Positions 14,928 to 29,330 of a DNA stretch of 64,000 nt are shown one piece after another (positions within the stretch are counted from its first letter, which is position 1; each line of letters opens with the position of its first letter). The position numbers and the translations under genes are program-made. The notes below the pieces were generated by a model that saw only the letters and a program-made list of their open reading frames with translations, had not been told where the DNA came from and searched no databases. Origin of the DNA: Octopus vulgaris (taxonomy: Eukaryota); assembly GCA_951406725.2 (NCBI GenBank), contig OX597838.1:1116001-1180000 (forward strand), given 5' to 3'.

Positions 14928-15232
14928 GTTGGTTGCTTTTTCATGTTTTCTCCTTTACTTATCATTTTCTTTGCAACATTAAAAAAAAAATAGTTCATTT
15001 TAATAATAATAATAATAACAATGCCATCGTACAAAGCTACAATAATATACTGTGACAACTCATTGTATTTACTTTATGTTCATTTACATTTATTATTATT
15101 TTTTAAAATTTTCTTTTATTTGAAATTGTCATAGTCTGCATTCTCTGAATTTCTCAGGCAAAAATAATGCTCAATTGTTTTTGCTTTATTTTTTAACTTT
15201 TTCATCTCTGTCTCATATACATATATATATTA

Positions 15233-15295
<63 letters not shown>

Positions 15296-16062
15296 CTATT
15301 ATTATTATTATATCATTTTGGCTCTCTCTCTTTTCAATTACTGCAACTTAGACAAGGCAGAAACAATCCTTAATACACTTGTTATTGAGAAAGATATTTT
15401 CTTTGTTGCTTTCAACCTTCCTTGGATGTGGATTATTGTTTATTCCAGTCTAATCATTGATATTCTCAACATAAGACTTTCTCTTCTTCTATTAATATAT
15501 CTGATCTATCATAAAATGTCATTTTACTTTACTGTGATTTATGCATTTCCTGAATTATCTTTGGTGTTAACATTTATCTGTCTGTCTGTCTGTCTATGTA
15601 GATAGGTAGACAGACAGACAGACAGATAGATAGATGCATTTCATTTGAGTACATTATTGTGGGGATTTCTGAAAAAAGAGTGTGTGTGTGTCATATATGC
15701 ATATGTGTGTGCACACACTCACATATATGTGCACACACATAGGCATATCTGTCTGTCTGTCTGTCTATTTATTTATGAATTTGTTTTGCACGGTTCCTGA
15801 TGTGAAATCACGTGTTGAAACAGGTATTGTTATGTTTTGGGGGGGGCCATTTTTTCTCTTGCCAAATAAACACACAAAGCACTGAATACTCATTCTTCAC
15901 TCATTTATTATTGTTCTTATTTTTTAAAACTTGTTTATTTAATCTTATAGACATCAGATGAAATATGAACAATAATACATGAGTGAAGCACAAATATATA
16001 GTCTGTGTGTTTATTTGGCAAGAAAAAATAATGACCATCTCTGAAATATAACAGTATAACTA

Positions 16063-16099
<37 letters not shown>

Positions 16100-16362
16100 A
16101 ATTATGGCCATCTCTCCCAATCAAAGATGACTTGGTAGCATCCATTGTGCTTTTGTTAATAGTTTTAAGTGGCTATGGAATTTCAAGTAGACATAGATAC
16201 CCTTTTGACCTTCCTGTCCTCAACCCAGTGGAACCTTCAAGATGTGACAGCAGCAGGCTGGTAATATGGGTTTTGAGCAAAGAGAGCTAGAACAATTATC
16301 TCAGTACATTCTACCTCACCCTCTAACAACTCTGTTAATCTTCTATGTTGCAGACACACACA

Positions 16363-16399
<37 letters not shown>

Positions 16400-18149
16400 A
16401 CGCTATATGTGTGCATGTTTATTCTAGTATTTAAAAATTGAAGTTGATTAAAATATTCACCATGATAAAGTTATTATAATAGAAGATATACTGTTTTGAG
16501 AATTGTTAATTAAATAATGTGGAGATGTTAAAAAAATGTGTGTTGAGCATTGTCTATCGGAGACAAGGTTTCAACTCTCATGGGAAGCTAGTTTACTTCA
16601 CTGAAACCATGAATATTCTTTGGAAAGGCACTTGTCACCTTCAGCATTTTCATTTCATAAAATATACATCCTCCTTGCATGGCTTGTTCTTTTATGTGTT
16701 TCAGCCCAAAGGCTGTGGCCATGCTGGGGCTTCATTGCAGTGTGTGGGTAGAGCAAATCGTCAACATTGGTAACATGAAGTGACAGCATCTTAATAGACA
16801 TGGATGTCAGGTAATGGGGGTGTTGAAATACTTGGGAAAGAAGCTCCTGGAATACTACTGAGGGATCCCCCCTCTGCAACAGACTCTGAGGAGGAATAAT
16901 AGAATAAACACAACAAATATGCATTACGATAGGGTCTTTTAATTCTTTAATTTGTTTTTGCCATGAGGGCGAAAGCCAAACTGGGGCTCTGCCTTTGGTG
17001 TGTAAATATTTCTTATCTGATTTGAACAAAATAACTTGCATTTATTTACTCCAACCAGTTATTTTTGATAAACAAAATAATTATACATGAAGACTCATTT
17101 GTGATATGTTTATAATTTGTGATAGTGTTATTGTGTTATCTCTTATCAGTTTGGTCTTTAAGCCAAACTATATTCCTGGTCATTTCTTATTAAAAGTCCA
17201 CTGGGTGATGGTGGAAGAAGAATTGGTAATGTTCTTCTGATGACTAAAAGTAACAGATAGGAACAATGTTTCCTGATATTAATTTACCATGAACTGTTCC
17301 GGCAAGTGGTGAGCATTTGTAAATGTTAACTGATTTGGTTGATGCTTCTTATTTGTAATTCTTGCATAAAAAAATAAATAAGCTTTGTTTTAATTTTTTG
17401 AGGTCAAACTGCTTTTTAGTGAAAATGTAGAAAGATTTAATTTGCAAAACTTACTGTCATTATTAAATGATAGTAATAATAATAATAATAATGGTTTCAA
17501 ATTTTGTCATAAGGGCATCCGTTTTGGGGGAAGGGGATAAGTCAATTACATTGACTCCAGTGTTTCACTGATTTATTTTATTGATCCTGAAAGGATGAAT
17601 GGCAAAGTTGACCATGACAGAATTTGGAGGCTCAATGTAAAAAGCAATTTGGAAAAAAAAAAGATTAACTAATGAGAAAAAAAACAACATACATTTGGAA
17701 CCTTGAAGTGGATGTAAGTAATATTGTGTATATAATTAAATTTAGATTCATCAGTCACCCAAATGTTAGAATCTTCAGTATTTGCAGACAAAATACCCAC
17801 TCAATATATAGATTAAATTATATCTAATGGATATGGATTTGTAATTTACTTTACAAATAGATCAAACACAAAAAGTGTTTATAAATTAAATAAAAAATAT
17901 TATTGATAATCTGTATTCCAAATTAACCTCAAGTATCAATATCAATGAGACTGAGTTCAAACTATTTATTCGTTTTGTATTATTAGAAATGAAATGGTGA
18001 AGTTTGTTATATAGACTATTACTGATCAATTATAGAGTGAAAAAGAAGTATGAAAGAAATATTAGAAAGCTTTTTTTTAAATATAATTGTTGTAAAAAGC
18101 TAAAATATGTTTGTTACTCAAAGGTATCTTTTTTTTCCCTTCTCAACAG

Positions 18150-18172
18150 TTATTGGATCTACCACCATGAAG
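18150..18172 (+). CDS. SPATA22: SPATA22 23-nt micro-exon (VIGSTTMK), containing a possible start ATG at 18167
   Basis: Long pyrimidine tract plus CAG acceptor (18148-18149), accaccATG context, AAG|GTATGT donor. Ends in phase 0, matching the next exon. Confidence 0.7.
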
Positions 18173-19707
18173 GTATGTTTGTTTTCTTATTATATTGCTA
18201 ACATGGTTGTTTGTTTTGGTTGGGTTTTGTAGATTTATAGATTGAAATGAAAGATTTTATGTGTTCAGAATTTTCTGTTGATTTGTGTGGTAAAAGTCTG
18301 TGTAGTCTCATAAGAAGTTTGTATATACTGGACACTTTCAAGAGGAACCTGTCATTATTGACAGGAGCTAAATGAAAAGAAAAAGTTGGTTGGATTTACA
18401 GCTTAGCAACTGAAGTAGTAGTTTCTACAATCAGAGGGGAAAAAATCTGCTTAAAGTATTTTCGATTCTAGCTAAACTGTCAGCCAAAAGTTTACTCAGC
18501 AGAAGAAGCTTCTCGTTTTGTTGTTCCTCTTCAGATTCAGGGTGGTCTGTCTGGAATATTTAGTTGTTTGATGCAGGTCAGAGTTGACTTTGTAGAGGTC
18601 TCAATAAAATATACTCTGGTCATTTTGTAAAGTGCATGGCAACTGAAAGAGTGGCCAGCCACATTAGAAATGGAGGAAATACTAACTCTTCAAGCTGCAG
18701 TGAAGGCAACCCAAATACACCAGGTAGCACAATAAAAAAAAAAACGTAACGGATGTGTAATATTATTAAACCAGAATATCCACATCATTTATAGCAACAA
18801 ACATTGTTAGTTTTCTCTTTTTTTGTCATGAGGTTGTGCTGGAACTAGCATGTCTTTGAAAACAGGGGTATAAAACAATGACAGCGACGATGACGACAAC
18901 AGTAGTTTCTTATATTGAGAAATATATCTGAGCAATTTGGAACACATTTATGCTGAATATTGTGGACAGAACAAATCTTGTAAAGACATATCAGCTGCCA
19001 TTAGCATCTACTTTCAGGAGATTCAGAAATTTGATGTTTTTAAACTGGTCAGGATAACACTGAAATAGAGGCACCTGGGCAGATCTCCGAACTGGAGAAT
19101 TAGGTTGTTCTTTCTTTTAAAAGTCATTTTTGGAAACTATTCAAAGCTGGATCAAATGTCAGGTGACTTTTCTAAGGATAGTACTATGTAGGGACCATAT
19201 TGATATCAAGCAAACTTTACAAATAAGAGGATTTAACTGGCTGAAAAACCTGATAATATATCAGAGGTGAAATGGTTGAGTAAAGAATGTTTTGAAGTAT
19301 CTGCTTGTTGGGCATGGGTTGTAATCTGTTGCAAATCTGATATAATTTTAACCCTTCACCAAAGAAATATTGTACATAAATGTGTTGTTGTTGGGGATAG
19401 AAAAGTCAGTGTTTGCAGCATTTAGACTCAGAATGTAAAGAAGTGGAAGAAATGTTGCTGAGCATATTGCCTGGCATTCTGATGATTCTGCTAGCCTGCT
19501 GCCTTTTAATGGTTTCAAATTCTGGCACGGGGCTAGCAATTTTAATGGCAGGGGATTTGTTGATTGAATTGACCATAGTACTTGAGACTGACAAGATGAA
19601 TGGCAAGATTGACCTTGGTCGAATTTGAACTCACAACATAGAGAGCCAGAAGAAATGCTGCTAAGTATTTTGACCGATGCTCTAATGATTCTCCCAGCTT
19701 GCCACCC

Positions 19708-19739
<32 letters not shown>

Positions 19740-20329
19740 TTTTCTAATATAAAAACATTTCTGGAGAAGGGATAGAATCAACAAACAACTTCAGTACATG
19801 ACTGGTGCTTATTTTATTCACTCCAGAAGACTGAAAAGTACAATCAACCTTAGTTGGACTTCTATGGATGTTACTAACTACCACAAGGTAGTTGTCTACC
19901 AAAGTATTTCACTGGAACTTGGAAAGTTGAAAGATAAAGTTCACCTCACCAGAACTTGAACTTACAATATCAATCTGGAGAGAGGAAAGTAGATACTGTC
20001 AGTGTTTGTCTTTTGTAAGATTGGTGTAGGAAATGACACTTTTAGCAACAAGAAATAACTGCTTTCTTCATGTGGCCTTACTCTGTAGAGTCTTGCCTTT
20101 GGGAAGCTATTTTGTCATTGGTGTTTTAAGTGTGAGCACATTCCCATCAATTTTGGTCATTGAACCTCAATTGAATAAATTGATCTGGTGTGGTAAGTAG
20201 TGACTTCATCGACGTCATCTTCCCTGTGTCAGTTCCAGGCATTCCTCTTATTGAAGACATCAATGATGGAAAAAAAAAGAAGCTTTCCTGGTAAAGAGAA
20301 TTTTAACACATTTTTGAAAGATGTCTCAA

Positions 20330-21000
20330 AGCTGAACTAGGCAACATTTTTAGCATGTGCTTTTGCTGTAAGAAAGTCCACTATTTCTGATCACAGTTAT
20401 AAAACCTCAATCCAAAACCTTGCTGGGAGACAACCATTTCACCCCAGAATGTAAAAACAATGTTCAGAATCCAGTTGTTTTCTTGCACTTCCTTCTAATA
20501 ACTGCTATATGCTTGAACCTATAATAAAATTGACTCCTTGTATACCATAAACCATCACACCCTTGAACAGCTCAAGAGTTTCAGCTGTGCTAGCTTGATG
20601 GTAACAACCAGATTTTACTCAGAGCACTGCTAGTGACTCATCCATGCAAATGGCTTGTACTTTTCTCCTCCTTACTGCATTCCATACTCTGCAAGACTGT
20701 TGAAACCTCATCAATAATGATTTGTGCTGTGGTTGTTGTTTCAAGCAGACAATTAATAAATCTTCATCTTTCAGCTAATTATCAATAATGTAAATAAACA
20801 AAGCATTATTAGAAACATCGGTTGACTCATCTAGCTAAATGGTAAACTTGTGTGTCAGTGTTTTGATTTCTGCAACAGCCTTCATTACAACATTTTCCGC
20901 CTGAATCAAATGGTGGTGTTGTTGGAGATAGAAACTGTGGGTAGCTTCTTTGTTTTACTTGTACCACACACTTTACACAACAATTTCAGCCTCAAATGTG
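20330..21000 (-). mobile_element. Decayed hAT (Charlie/Buster-type) transposase
   Basis: Minus-strand translation gives VSISNNT..., KFTI*LDESTDVSNNAL..., AICMDE..., which resemble ZBED5/Buster-type motifs. Many stops; boundaries approximate. Confidence 0.7.
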
Positions 21001-24000
21001 ATAAACACCCCCGAGATACTGGACTGCACAACCTGTTCACACTGCATTGTCTTGCAGGATAGCAAAATGTCCCATAGAATCCCACCACATGAGTTTGAAG
21101 ATTGTGTTACAGTCTCTGAAATTATGCTCATTATTGTATCTTGGTGTGAATGGGGAATGTCACGTAGTTTGGTTGGGTTTATGTCCTCATTTGACAAGCG
21201 CACACATCACACATCCTGTGATTTCACACACCCTTCCCTGCTGTTGGAGTTAGTGAAGCCCCACTGCAGACATATTCCCGCTTAGTCTCAGTCATATAGT
21301 GTCTTCTCAATTGTCTTACATGTCATTTTATTGTTAGGGTTGGGCTGTTTGATCATAACCAACTAGACATACTTATCTGAAAAGTCAACATGCAAACAAA
21401 AATTATCTACTTGTCATCTGAAAACAAACATTGTTAACAAACCTTATCAATTCAGTTTAAATTAGCTCATAACTCCTTCTTTTCACCAATGTAATACCAG
21501 TTATTATGAAAATTATAATAAACAAGCCTTTCTTACCTCCAATCACAGTCACTGCACATCATACATTTAATCACTGCTACTTTAAAAGTAATACCAACTG
21601 ACTTAGTTTAAATAAATCTGTCACTAGAAGCAACTTGAAGTGAAAGCTGTATGTGTTTCTTTCCAAACTTGGTAAACTCGAAGTGCCTAAATAGGAGCCA
21701 TTCACATGAATGGTAGATGATCACTGTTTGGTGTATAATCTAGTTTTGTTGCATTGACGAAGAAGAAATCTCCTTTAGTTGCTAGCTGGCATTGCACCAT
21801 TCACTGCCAAGCTATAATATGAAAGAATTGTAAAATGAATTTTCTGCTGTCATATTACTACTACCTGCTAGCAGAAGTATCCATGGTAATTCTATGGTTA
21901 TTTTGAAAACTGTAAAATGGTTGGAAGTTTATTGAGAACTGTGAAATAATTTCTTTTGAAATTGTATTTTGTTAGCACCATTTTATTATTCCGATGGTGT
22001 AACAGTCCACCTAGGTAGTATTGAATATGTAGTGTTAGGAGCTATATTCCTTGTTATAATACACTCACCACTGCTTCTACCTTGGTAGTTGTTATCTATT
22101 GTTTTTCACTTTACTTGTAGAAATAAACTGTCTTAAACAATGAAAACACATCAAAGACATAATCTATTTTCCTACTGAACAACTATGTCGGTACATCTTT
22201 GGCAAATCTTCATTATGATAGCTTCCATCCTTATTTTCACTTTAGTGCCTTTGGTTAGACTTGAACCCAGTCTTATTGAATGAAGTAAAGAATTTAAGAA
22301 TCCACTGAACTGTGGATTCTTAAAAAAAAAAGAGAAGAAACATACTTGTAATATAGACACAAGCATGGCTGTATGATTTAAAAGTTTGCTTTGAACCCAT
22401 GTGATTCTTGGTTCAATCCCACTGTGTAGCAACTTGAGCAAAAAGTTTTCTACTAGAGACTCAAATTGATAATTGTTGTGACTGAAATTTGATACAGTAT
22501 AGGAAAAAATTGTGTGTGTATTTATGTTGCTAAAAACCTGTGATATTGTACTGTGACATCGTAATTTCACAAATACACATTGATAAAATAAGGATCTAAC
22601 AAAATTAATTACTGAGGTCAATGTGCTTGGCTAAATCCTTGAAGGAAGTCCTCCAGCATGGTCACAATCTAAAAACTGGTAAAAGACTAAACGAATAGAA
22701 ATACCACGCTTTATTTAATTTATTCATATTATTATCATCACAACAATTGCCATAGACTGTTTACGAATATACTTGACATGAGTGTGTTGTTAAACAGCCC
22801 TCCCTGACTCCTGTTTAGCCTTGATATAAGTATTTGTATTTATACACACACAATACATTTATACATTCATACATACTGACACATGAATATATACATATAT
22901 TAACAGAAGACATTAGCATTTTTTGGTTCTTGTAGTGAAATAATTATTTTATTTGCTTAGGTACAATTCAAAAACTTTTCAAATAAACACAGTGAGAGAG
23001 AGAGAGAGAGAGAGGTGGTGGGAAAAGAAATTGAGATAACTAAAGACATAATGACGTAACAAACTTTGTTATATCCACTTCGTTTTAGTCTTAAGTGAAA
23101 AGGTAGATAGGTAAGACCCATATTGTATTAATATATAGATTGGTTAATGTGATAAAACAGAGAGAGAGAGAGAGAGAGAGATGTCATTAACTCTCAAGCT
23201 ATTCAATTAACAACTGCACCAATCTCATTTCTGCATTGTGATATTTGTTCAGGAGTTTGTGTTTTGTTGTAAAATTCACTATGATTTATCTATATGTCAT
23301 GACAGACCAATGTGGTTTGGAAGAAAGTGCACTACAATGTTATTTCAATTGCATAATAATGGCAAAAAGAAGTTTAAGTCGATCATATAACTTTGACAAA
23401 ATAGAAATTGTGGCATCATCATCATCATCATCATCATCATATTGTTTCTGTCATGATTATAAATAGTTACAAGTCACAACATACAAACATGAGTTGATTT
23501 GAAAATTTGTTTTTATTTGTATCTAATCATTTTCATGCATTGACCAACCATGTGATGCTGTGCCTCTCACCCAAATAATCTCAAGTATTAAACAAAGGGG
23601 TGGAAAGTTTGGTTTCATATTTCTGTTTCTTAACGCCACATCTTCATCTATTGGCTTCTGCTTCTCACAGCTGGTTGGCCTTCTACCTCCACCTTAGGCC
23701 CCTCTGATCTGCTCATCTCCCCACCTCTTAGCATATCCAATTCCCTTTTTCTCCACATTATGCCCAATCCTTCATTCCCTTCTGAATTTTCCTCCTTGAT
23801 CATGTCGTTCCTGAAATAATTTAAATGGAACATTGACAGCATCAGTCTCACCAGTCCTAGAGGGTCTCCTTCATACTCTGCACTTTAAAAAGAAAAATGG
23901 ATCTGGAAGACCTTTGAGGGTTGCGTTGAGTGAGAATTGTCCTCATTTTCAATACCCTGGCAGCATAGATTGACTGTCATAGATTGAAAATATCTGTCTT

Positions 24001-25902
24001 AAACCAGGCACAAGACAAATTGTTGAATGAAAGATTTGTAAAAAGACTTTACTAATATCAGGAGAATAATTTAAGGCACTTGCTCTATCACTCAACTTTT
24101 GTTACCACAAACCAATAAAGGAGCCTCTTTGTAGCTGTCTGATCTGTTTGGATTCTCCTTCATACCCTACTATTTAAAAGGACGTATTAGATAATGTGAT
24201 ACAGTATATCAGTATATTCATATATATCCACACACACACATTAGATGCACTATATCTGAATAAAAGATGTGATGGTTGATCATGTGTTTGTTAGATGTCA
24301 GTCAGCCTGGGGACAAACAATAACTGGAAGGCATACATTAGATAAAGTAGTTCTAATAAACATTTAGTATAACTTTGATCATAGATCTGCTAGATTAGGA
24401 TTGACCTGGGGTTAAACAACCACCCTGGTGGAACAGATTATGGCACAAGAGTAACCAAACATGATGACCTACAGAGCAGTTGTAGCTGCAGCTGCTACCA
24501 CCACCACCACCACCACCAACTTCTCCTCCTGAAACCTTATAATTGAGGTGGTTACAACTATCGATAATGTTGTAGGGCAGGAGTAGCTAAAGAAGTGGAG
24601 GACTTTGTATTTTAATTATGTGGACTACTTAACTAACTTTCTGTCTTCCAAATGGTAAAGGGTCGTTAAGGAGGACCAGTTATTAGTTCTGGTTTCATAG
24701 CATTAAGCAGGAAGATGACCACAGAGGATCTACTGTGGCAGCAACATTGGTTGAAATGTTCTGGACAGAGAAATGATAGCTAAACACCACCCTGTCCACC
24801 CCTGTCCACTTAGCCTTCCTACTTCTACATCGATATCACACCTTACTTTATGTATTTATCTTTTCTATATTTGTTGTTCTGTTTCCATGGAGACATCAGA
24901 TAACTAGTCCTACTAATTCTAAGGACATGTATAGATCATTGAGAGAGACATATTTTACAACTGTGTCCCTTTTTATTAACAAGTAGACAAAGAGTTGGGA
25001 TGTTTGTGTTTCAGGTTATGTGATTAGATTGAATATCTCCAATGGTTGGGTTTGAACTCACATCCTTTGCTGTTCTACTTCAACTCCTATCTTACTGTCA
25101 TTCTATTTTATTTGACCAATTTTCTTCATGAGAAAAATCATAGAATTAAAATGTAATTTAAAACGATATTTCAGAAATCTGGCATGGTTGTGTGGATAGG
25201 AAGTTAACTTCCCAACCACAAGGTTTAAGGGTCAGTCCTGCTGTGTGACACTTTGGGCAAGTGCCTTCTACTATAGCCTCAGGCCAACCAAAATCCTTGT
25301 GAGTGGATTTGGGAAATGGTAGCTTAAAGAAGTCCATGTGTGTGTCTCTTGATATTGTGTGATAGTTGTAAACAAGCATTATGTCATACAAACGGCATCA
25401 TTTGTTGTCAGTCTTCCGTGAAAACATGTCTGGCCATGGGAAAATCTTACCTTGCTTGGAAATAAATGAGAGTTGGTGACAGGAAGGGCTTCTGGCTGTA
25501 GAAGATCTGATCAGTGTAGTGTCTGCCTGGCCCATGCAAGCATAGAAAAGTGGATGTTAAAAAAAGAAAAGCTTCTTGTTAAAATATTTTCTAAAGTAAA
25601 TCCACCTTCATATGGCAGATGTATGATCAAAGATGTTCCAATTATGACCATCCTGTCTTTTACTCTTAGTGTATGTCAGACAACATTAGCCTATGTATCC
25701 TTCTCTTTTTTTTTAAAAACAGAAGGTGTGATTTGAGGGAAATTTGTTTGCTATTTCTAGCAGGTCAAGTAACACTATAGAAGCTCCTTATTAGTTGTTT
25801 TTCTCTTTTTATAATTTTATTTCTTTTATGTTTGATTGTTTGTAGGAAATTTTAAAAAACTCTCTTTTGTTAATTGAAACTTTATGTTCTGTTATTTCTC
25901 AG

Positions 25903-25996
25903 AGTGCTAAAGTACCCCCTGCACCGTTTTTCAACTCCCGCAAAAGACTTCGGCAAGCAGTAGTAGCTGATCCCAATGAAAATTTTCAAGATGAAG
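25903..25996 (+). CDS. SPATA22: SPATA22 exon: SAKVPPAPFFNSRKRLRQAVVADPNENFQDE
   Basis: TTCTCAG acceptor, G|GTACAT donor. Resembles the conserved SPATA22 N-terminal motif (human LPVPLFNQKKRNRQPLTSNP, from memory). Confidence 0.88.
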
Positions 25997-26126
25997 GTAC
26001 ATGTCTTGTATATGCATGTATGAGAGTGATGTATATATATATATGTGTGTGGTGTGTGTCTGTATGTGTATGGCATGTATATGGGTGTGTGTGTATATAT
26101 ATATATATATACAACACATACGCATA

Positions 26127-27013
26127 CAGGGTGTGATGGGTAAATTGTTACCATTTTATATTTTTAATTTTGCTCGTGTCCATTGTTTGTTGTTGATTTT
26201 GGCAACTACATAGTATAGTAGGGTCAGTTGGACAAAGCCTGTGAGAAAAATAGCAGCATGACATATTCCACTCTGCCAGAAATTTGGAAATCACATGTTG
26301 TACTGCTTGCCATTCATGCTGGAAGCTCCAATATGAACAGGTGGTGAACACACAGAACATCCGTTGGCTTGCGGCGTCCCCAAAACATGTACTGAGAGTG
26401 ATAAAAATCAAACCTTCAGTGAACATCATGGTGTTTGGAGTGATCACTAGTGATGGTGACATTATGCCTCCATTCACCTTCCCACACTGCCTCAGACTCA
26501 ACATGGATGCCTACATCAAGTGCCTAGGGGTGGAAGTGCTGCACTGGGTCAAGAGGGTAGCTGCTGGAAGATCCTGTATCTGGCAACAGGACTCTGCACC
26601 ATGCCACACAAGCAAGAGAACCTAGTCATTGCTGTCAGACAATTTCTGCAACTACATCATCCCAAATTTCTGGCCACCTAACTCCCCAGACTGCAACTCC
26701 CTTGATTATTATGTGTGGGGCACAGTTGAATGAGAGACCAACAAAACTCCTTGTAACACCAAAGATGAACTGAAGGCAAAGATTATAGCAGCATTCACCA
26801 ACTTAAACAAGGAGACTGTCCGGAAGAGTTGCAGGAGATTCTGAAGTCGTCTGTAGGTCATGGTTGGAGCCAATGGTAATTTTATTGAATATTTACTCAT
26901 TAGTATTTCAAAATGTTTATATGTAATTTTGGTAAATATATCTGTTAAAATGAGATGTCAGTGTTATTTTCATTTTTACGTAATTTAGACGACAGTTTAT
27001 TCACCACACCCTG
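26127..27013 (+). mobile_element. Internally deleted Tc1/mariner element of the DD37D (maT) family
   Basis: TA then TIR CAGGGTGTGATGGGTAAATTGT; matching right TIR ends at 27013. Transposase relic WQQDSAPCHT...WPPNSPDCNSLDYYVWG has 37 residues between the second and third Asp and several in-frame stops. Confidence 0.9.
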
Positions 27014-27512
27014 AATATATGTATGTGTGTGTGTGTGTAAGAGAGACTAAATTAATTGGAATACAAAAGACTGTTTTTTATTGCCTGGTCACAAGTGTGA
27101 AGAACTTTGTCTCTGACATTTTGCAGAGCCAGTAGGTGGGGGTGTGGGCACTTCTGAGTTGTCTCTCCCCAGTGTACCATAGCCCCATCAAGGATTATTG
27201 ACATTTTGTATTTACAAGATTTCTGGACTAAATGAGTGTCTGCTGGTAAGTGTTGCCTCACAGCTAATAACCTGTCATCTGCCACTTACCAGCAGACACT
27301 CATTTTCAGCAGATTGAACTGGAGGAATGAGATATGAAGTGCCTTGTTCCTCTGGAACAATACAGAGTCCAGTCCAAGAATTGAACCTATGACTTTATGA
27401 TTTCTATGAACCCAACAGCTTAAATACTAGGTCATCCCCCTTTCCTAACCCCAAAGCAGGCTCTGCTAAAAACAAAGTCAAGGTAATGGTACTACACCAG
27501 ATGATGAATTAG

Positions 27513-27738
27513 CTCTTTAGTATTTAAACAAGCCATATCAGGGCCAAATACATTCTGTCTTATATTCAACCTAGCCAGATCCAGCCTCTCACACTTGTCC
27601 TACAATGTTATTCTTGAAAAAAAAAAAAAGAATCTCATCATTGAAATCTCAAAAGTTAGAAGATAATGCAAGATTAATTCAAAAGAACAAGAATAAATAA
27701 GCATTATATTTGAGAGAGATAATCTGAATGCTAAAGGG
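27513..27738. mobile_element. MITE with C(C/T)CTTTAGCATT termini and TTAA-like flanks (piggyBac-like)
   Basis: TTAG|CTCTTTAGTATT...AATGCTAAAGGG|TTAA; a second copy lies at 46463-46677. Confidence 0.7.
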
Positions 27739-27962
27739 TTAAATGTACCACCTGACAACATATAGGGGTCATCCAGAGGACATCTGTCCACTTTTAGTTA
27801 CAAGGTTGTGGTAGAAGACACTTGCTGCTCAAAGTGCCATGCAGTGGGATTGAAACTGGAACCTTATGATTGCTAGGTAAACCTCTTAACAATGTAGTCA
27901 CACTGAGTTAAAATTGGATTAAAATATAAATACACGAGTGACACATGCTGTAAGTGTTCAGA

Positions 27963-27998
<36 letters not shown>

Positions 27999-28507
27999 CT
28001 AGGTGCAAACATAGCTGTGTGGTTAAGAAGTTTGCTACCCAGCCCCATGGTTTGGTGTTCAGCCCTACTGTATTGCACCTTGAGCACATATCTTGTACTT
28101 ATTGACCCAGACCTAACCAAAGCCTTATGAGTGAATATGGTGGATGGACACTGAAAGAAGCCCAAATGTGTGTGTGTGTGTGTCCTTGTCTTGACATTGC
28201 ACAGGAGTTGTAAACGAGTGTCACCATTACTAAATAGATCATTAAAACTGGTCAATATGTGGCAGTTGTAGAGAAGTTGCATTGAAACTGCCATGATCTT
28301 AATTTGCTATGAGGAATTCTTCAAAAGCATTGGTTAAAATCTCTTAAAGGGGCTTCACACAATATGAACAGTAAAATTACATCTGAGATTTTATGCTGCT
28401 TTGATAAGATATATAAAGACAAGCTATTGATATTTTTATGAGCTTGTCTATCTCGCTCTATTTTATATATGCACACACATACACACACATATATATATGA
28501 TGGTATG

Positions 28508-28561
<54 letters not shown>

Positions 28562-28954
28562 TAGATGTGAGAGATAGTGTGTGTTTGTGCATTTTATACA
28601 CATATATCTATGAGAAAGTGAGAGAGGTAATGTGTGTATGCATGTCTGCCTCACCCTGCCTCTCTATTTGTTCCATCTCTGATTTATTTATGATAAACAT
28701 CAGCTTATAATAATCACTGTTTTAGTCTACATTTATAATAATAGTTCACTAAAGTAGATAATTCTCATTCACTCTGCATACTAATAGGATGTGTGTGTGT
28801 GTGTGTGTGTAAGTGCCAGTATGCATACATTATATATTTCTACATGAGTGATTTATATGTATGTGTTTGTAAAGTGTTACATGTATGTATATGTGTGTGC
28901 ATATTTACATTATCCACTTGTAAATACCAATTTGAAAATAAAAATTAACAACCT

Positions 28955-29076
28955 CATGGCTCTGGGTTCAGTCCCACTGCGTAGAACCTTGGGCAAGTGT
29001 CTTCTACTAAAGCCTCGGGCCAACCAAAGCCTTCTGAGTGGATTTGGTAGACGGAAACTGAAAGAAGCCCATCGTA

Positions 29077-29144
<68 letters not shown>

Positions 29145-29330
29145 TCCCCCCCAACATTGCTTGACAACCAATGCTGGTGTGTTTACGTCCCTGTAACTTA
29201 GCAGTTCAGCAAAAAAGACCAATAGAATAAGTACTAGACTTACAAAGAATAAGTCCTGGGGTTGATTTGCTCGACTAAAGGTGGTGCTCCAGCATGGCCG
29301 CAGTCAAATGACTGAAACAAGTAAAAGAGT
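28955..29330 (+). mobile_element. SINE family A, 5'-truncated
   Basis: High similarity to 32760-33113, including the (TA)n(TG)n middle and GCTCCAGCATGGCCGCAGTCAAATGACTGAAAC tail. Confidence 0.85.
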
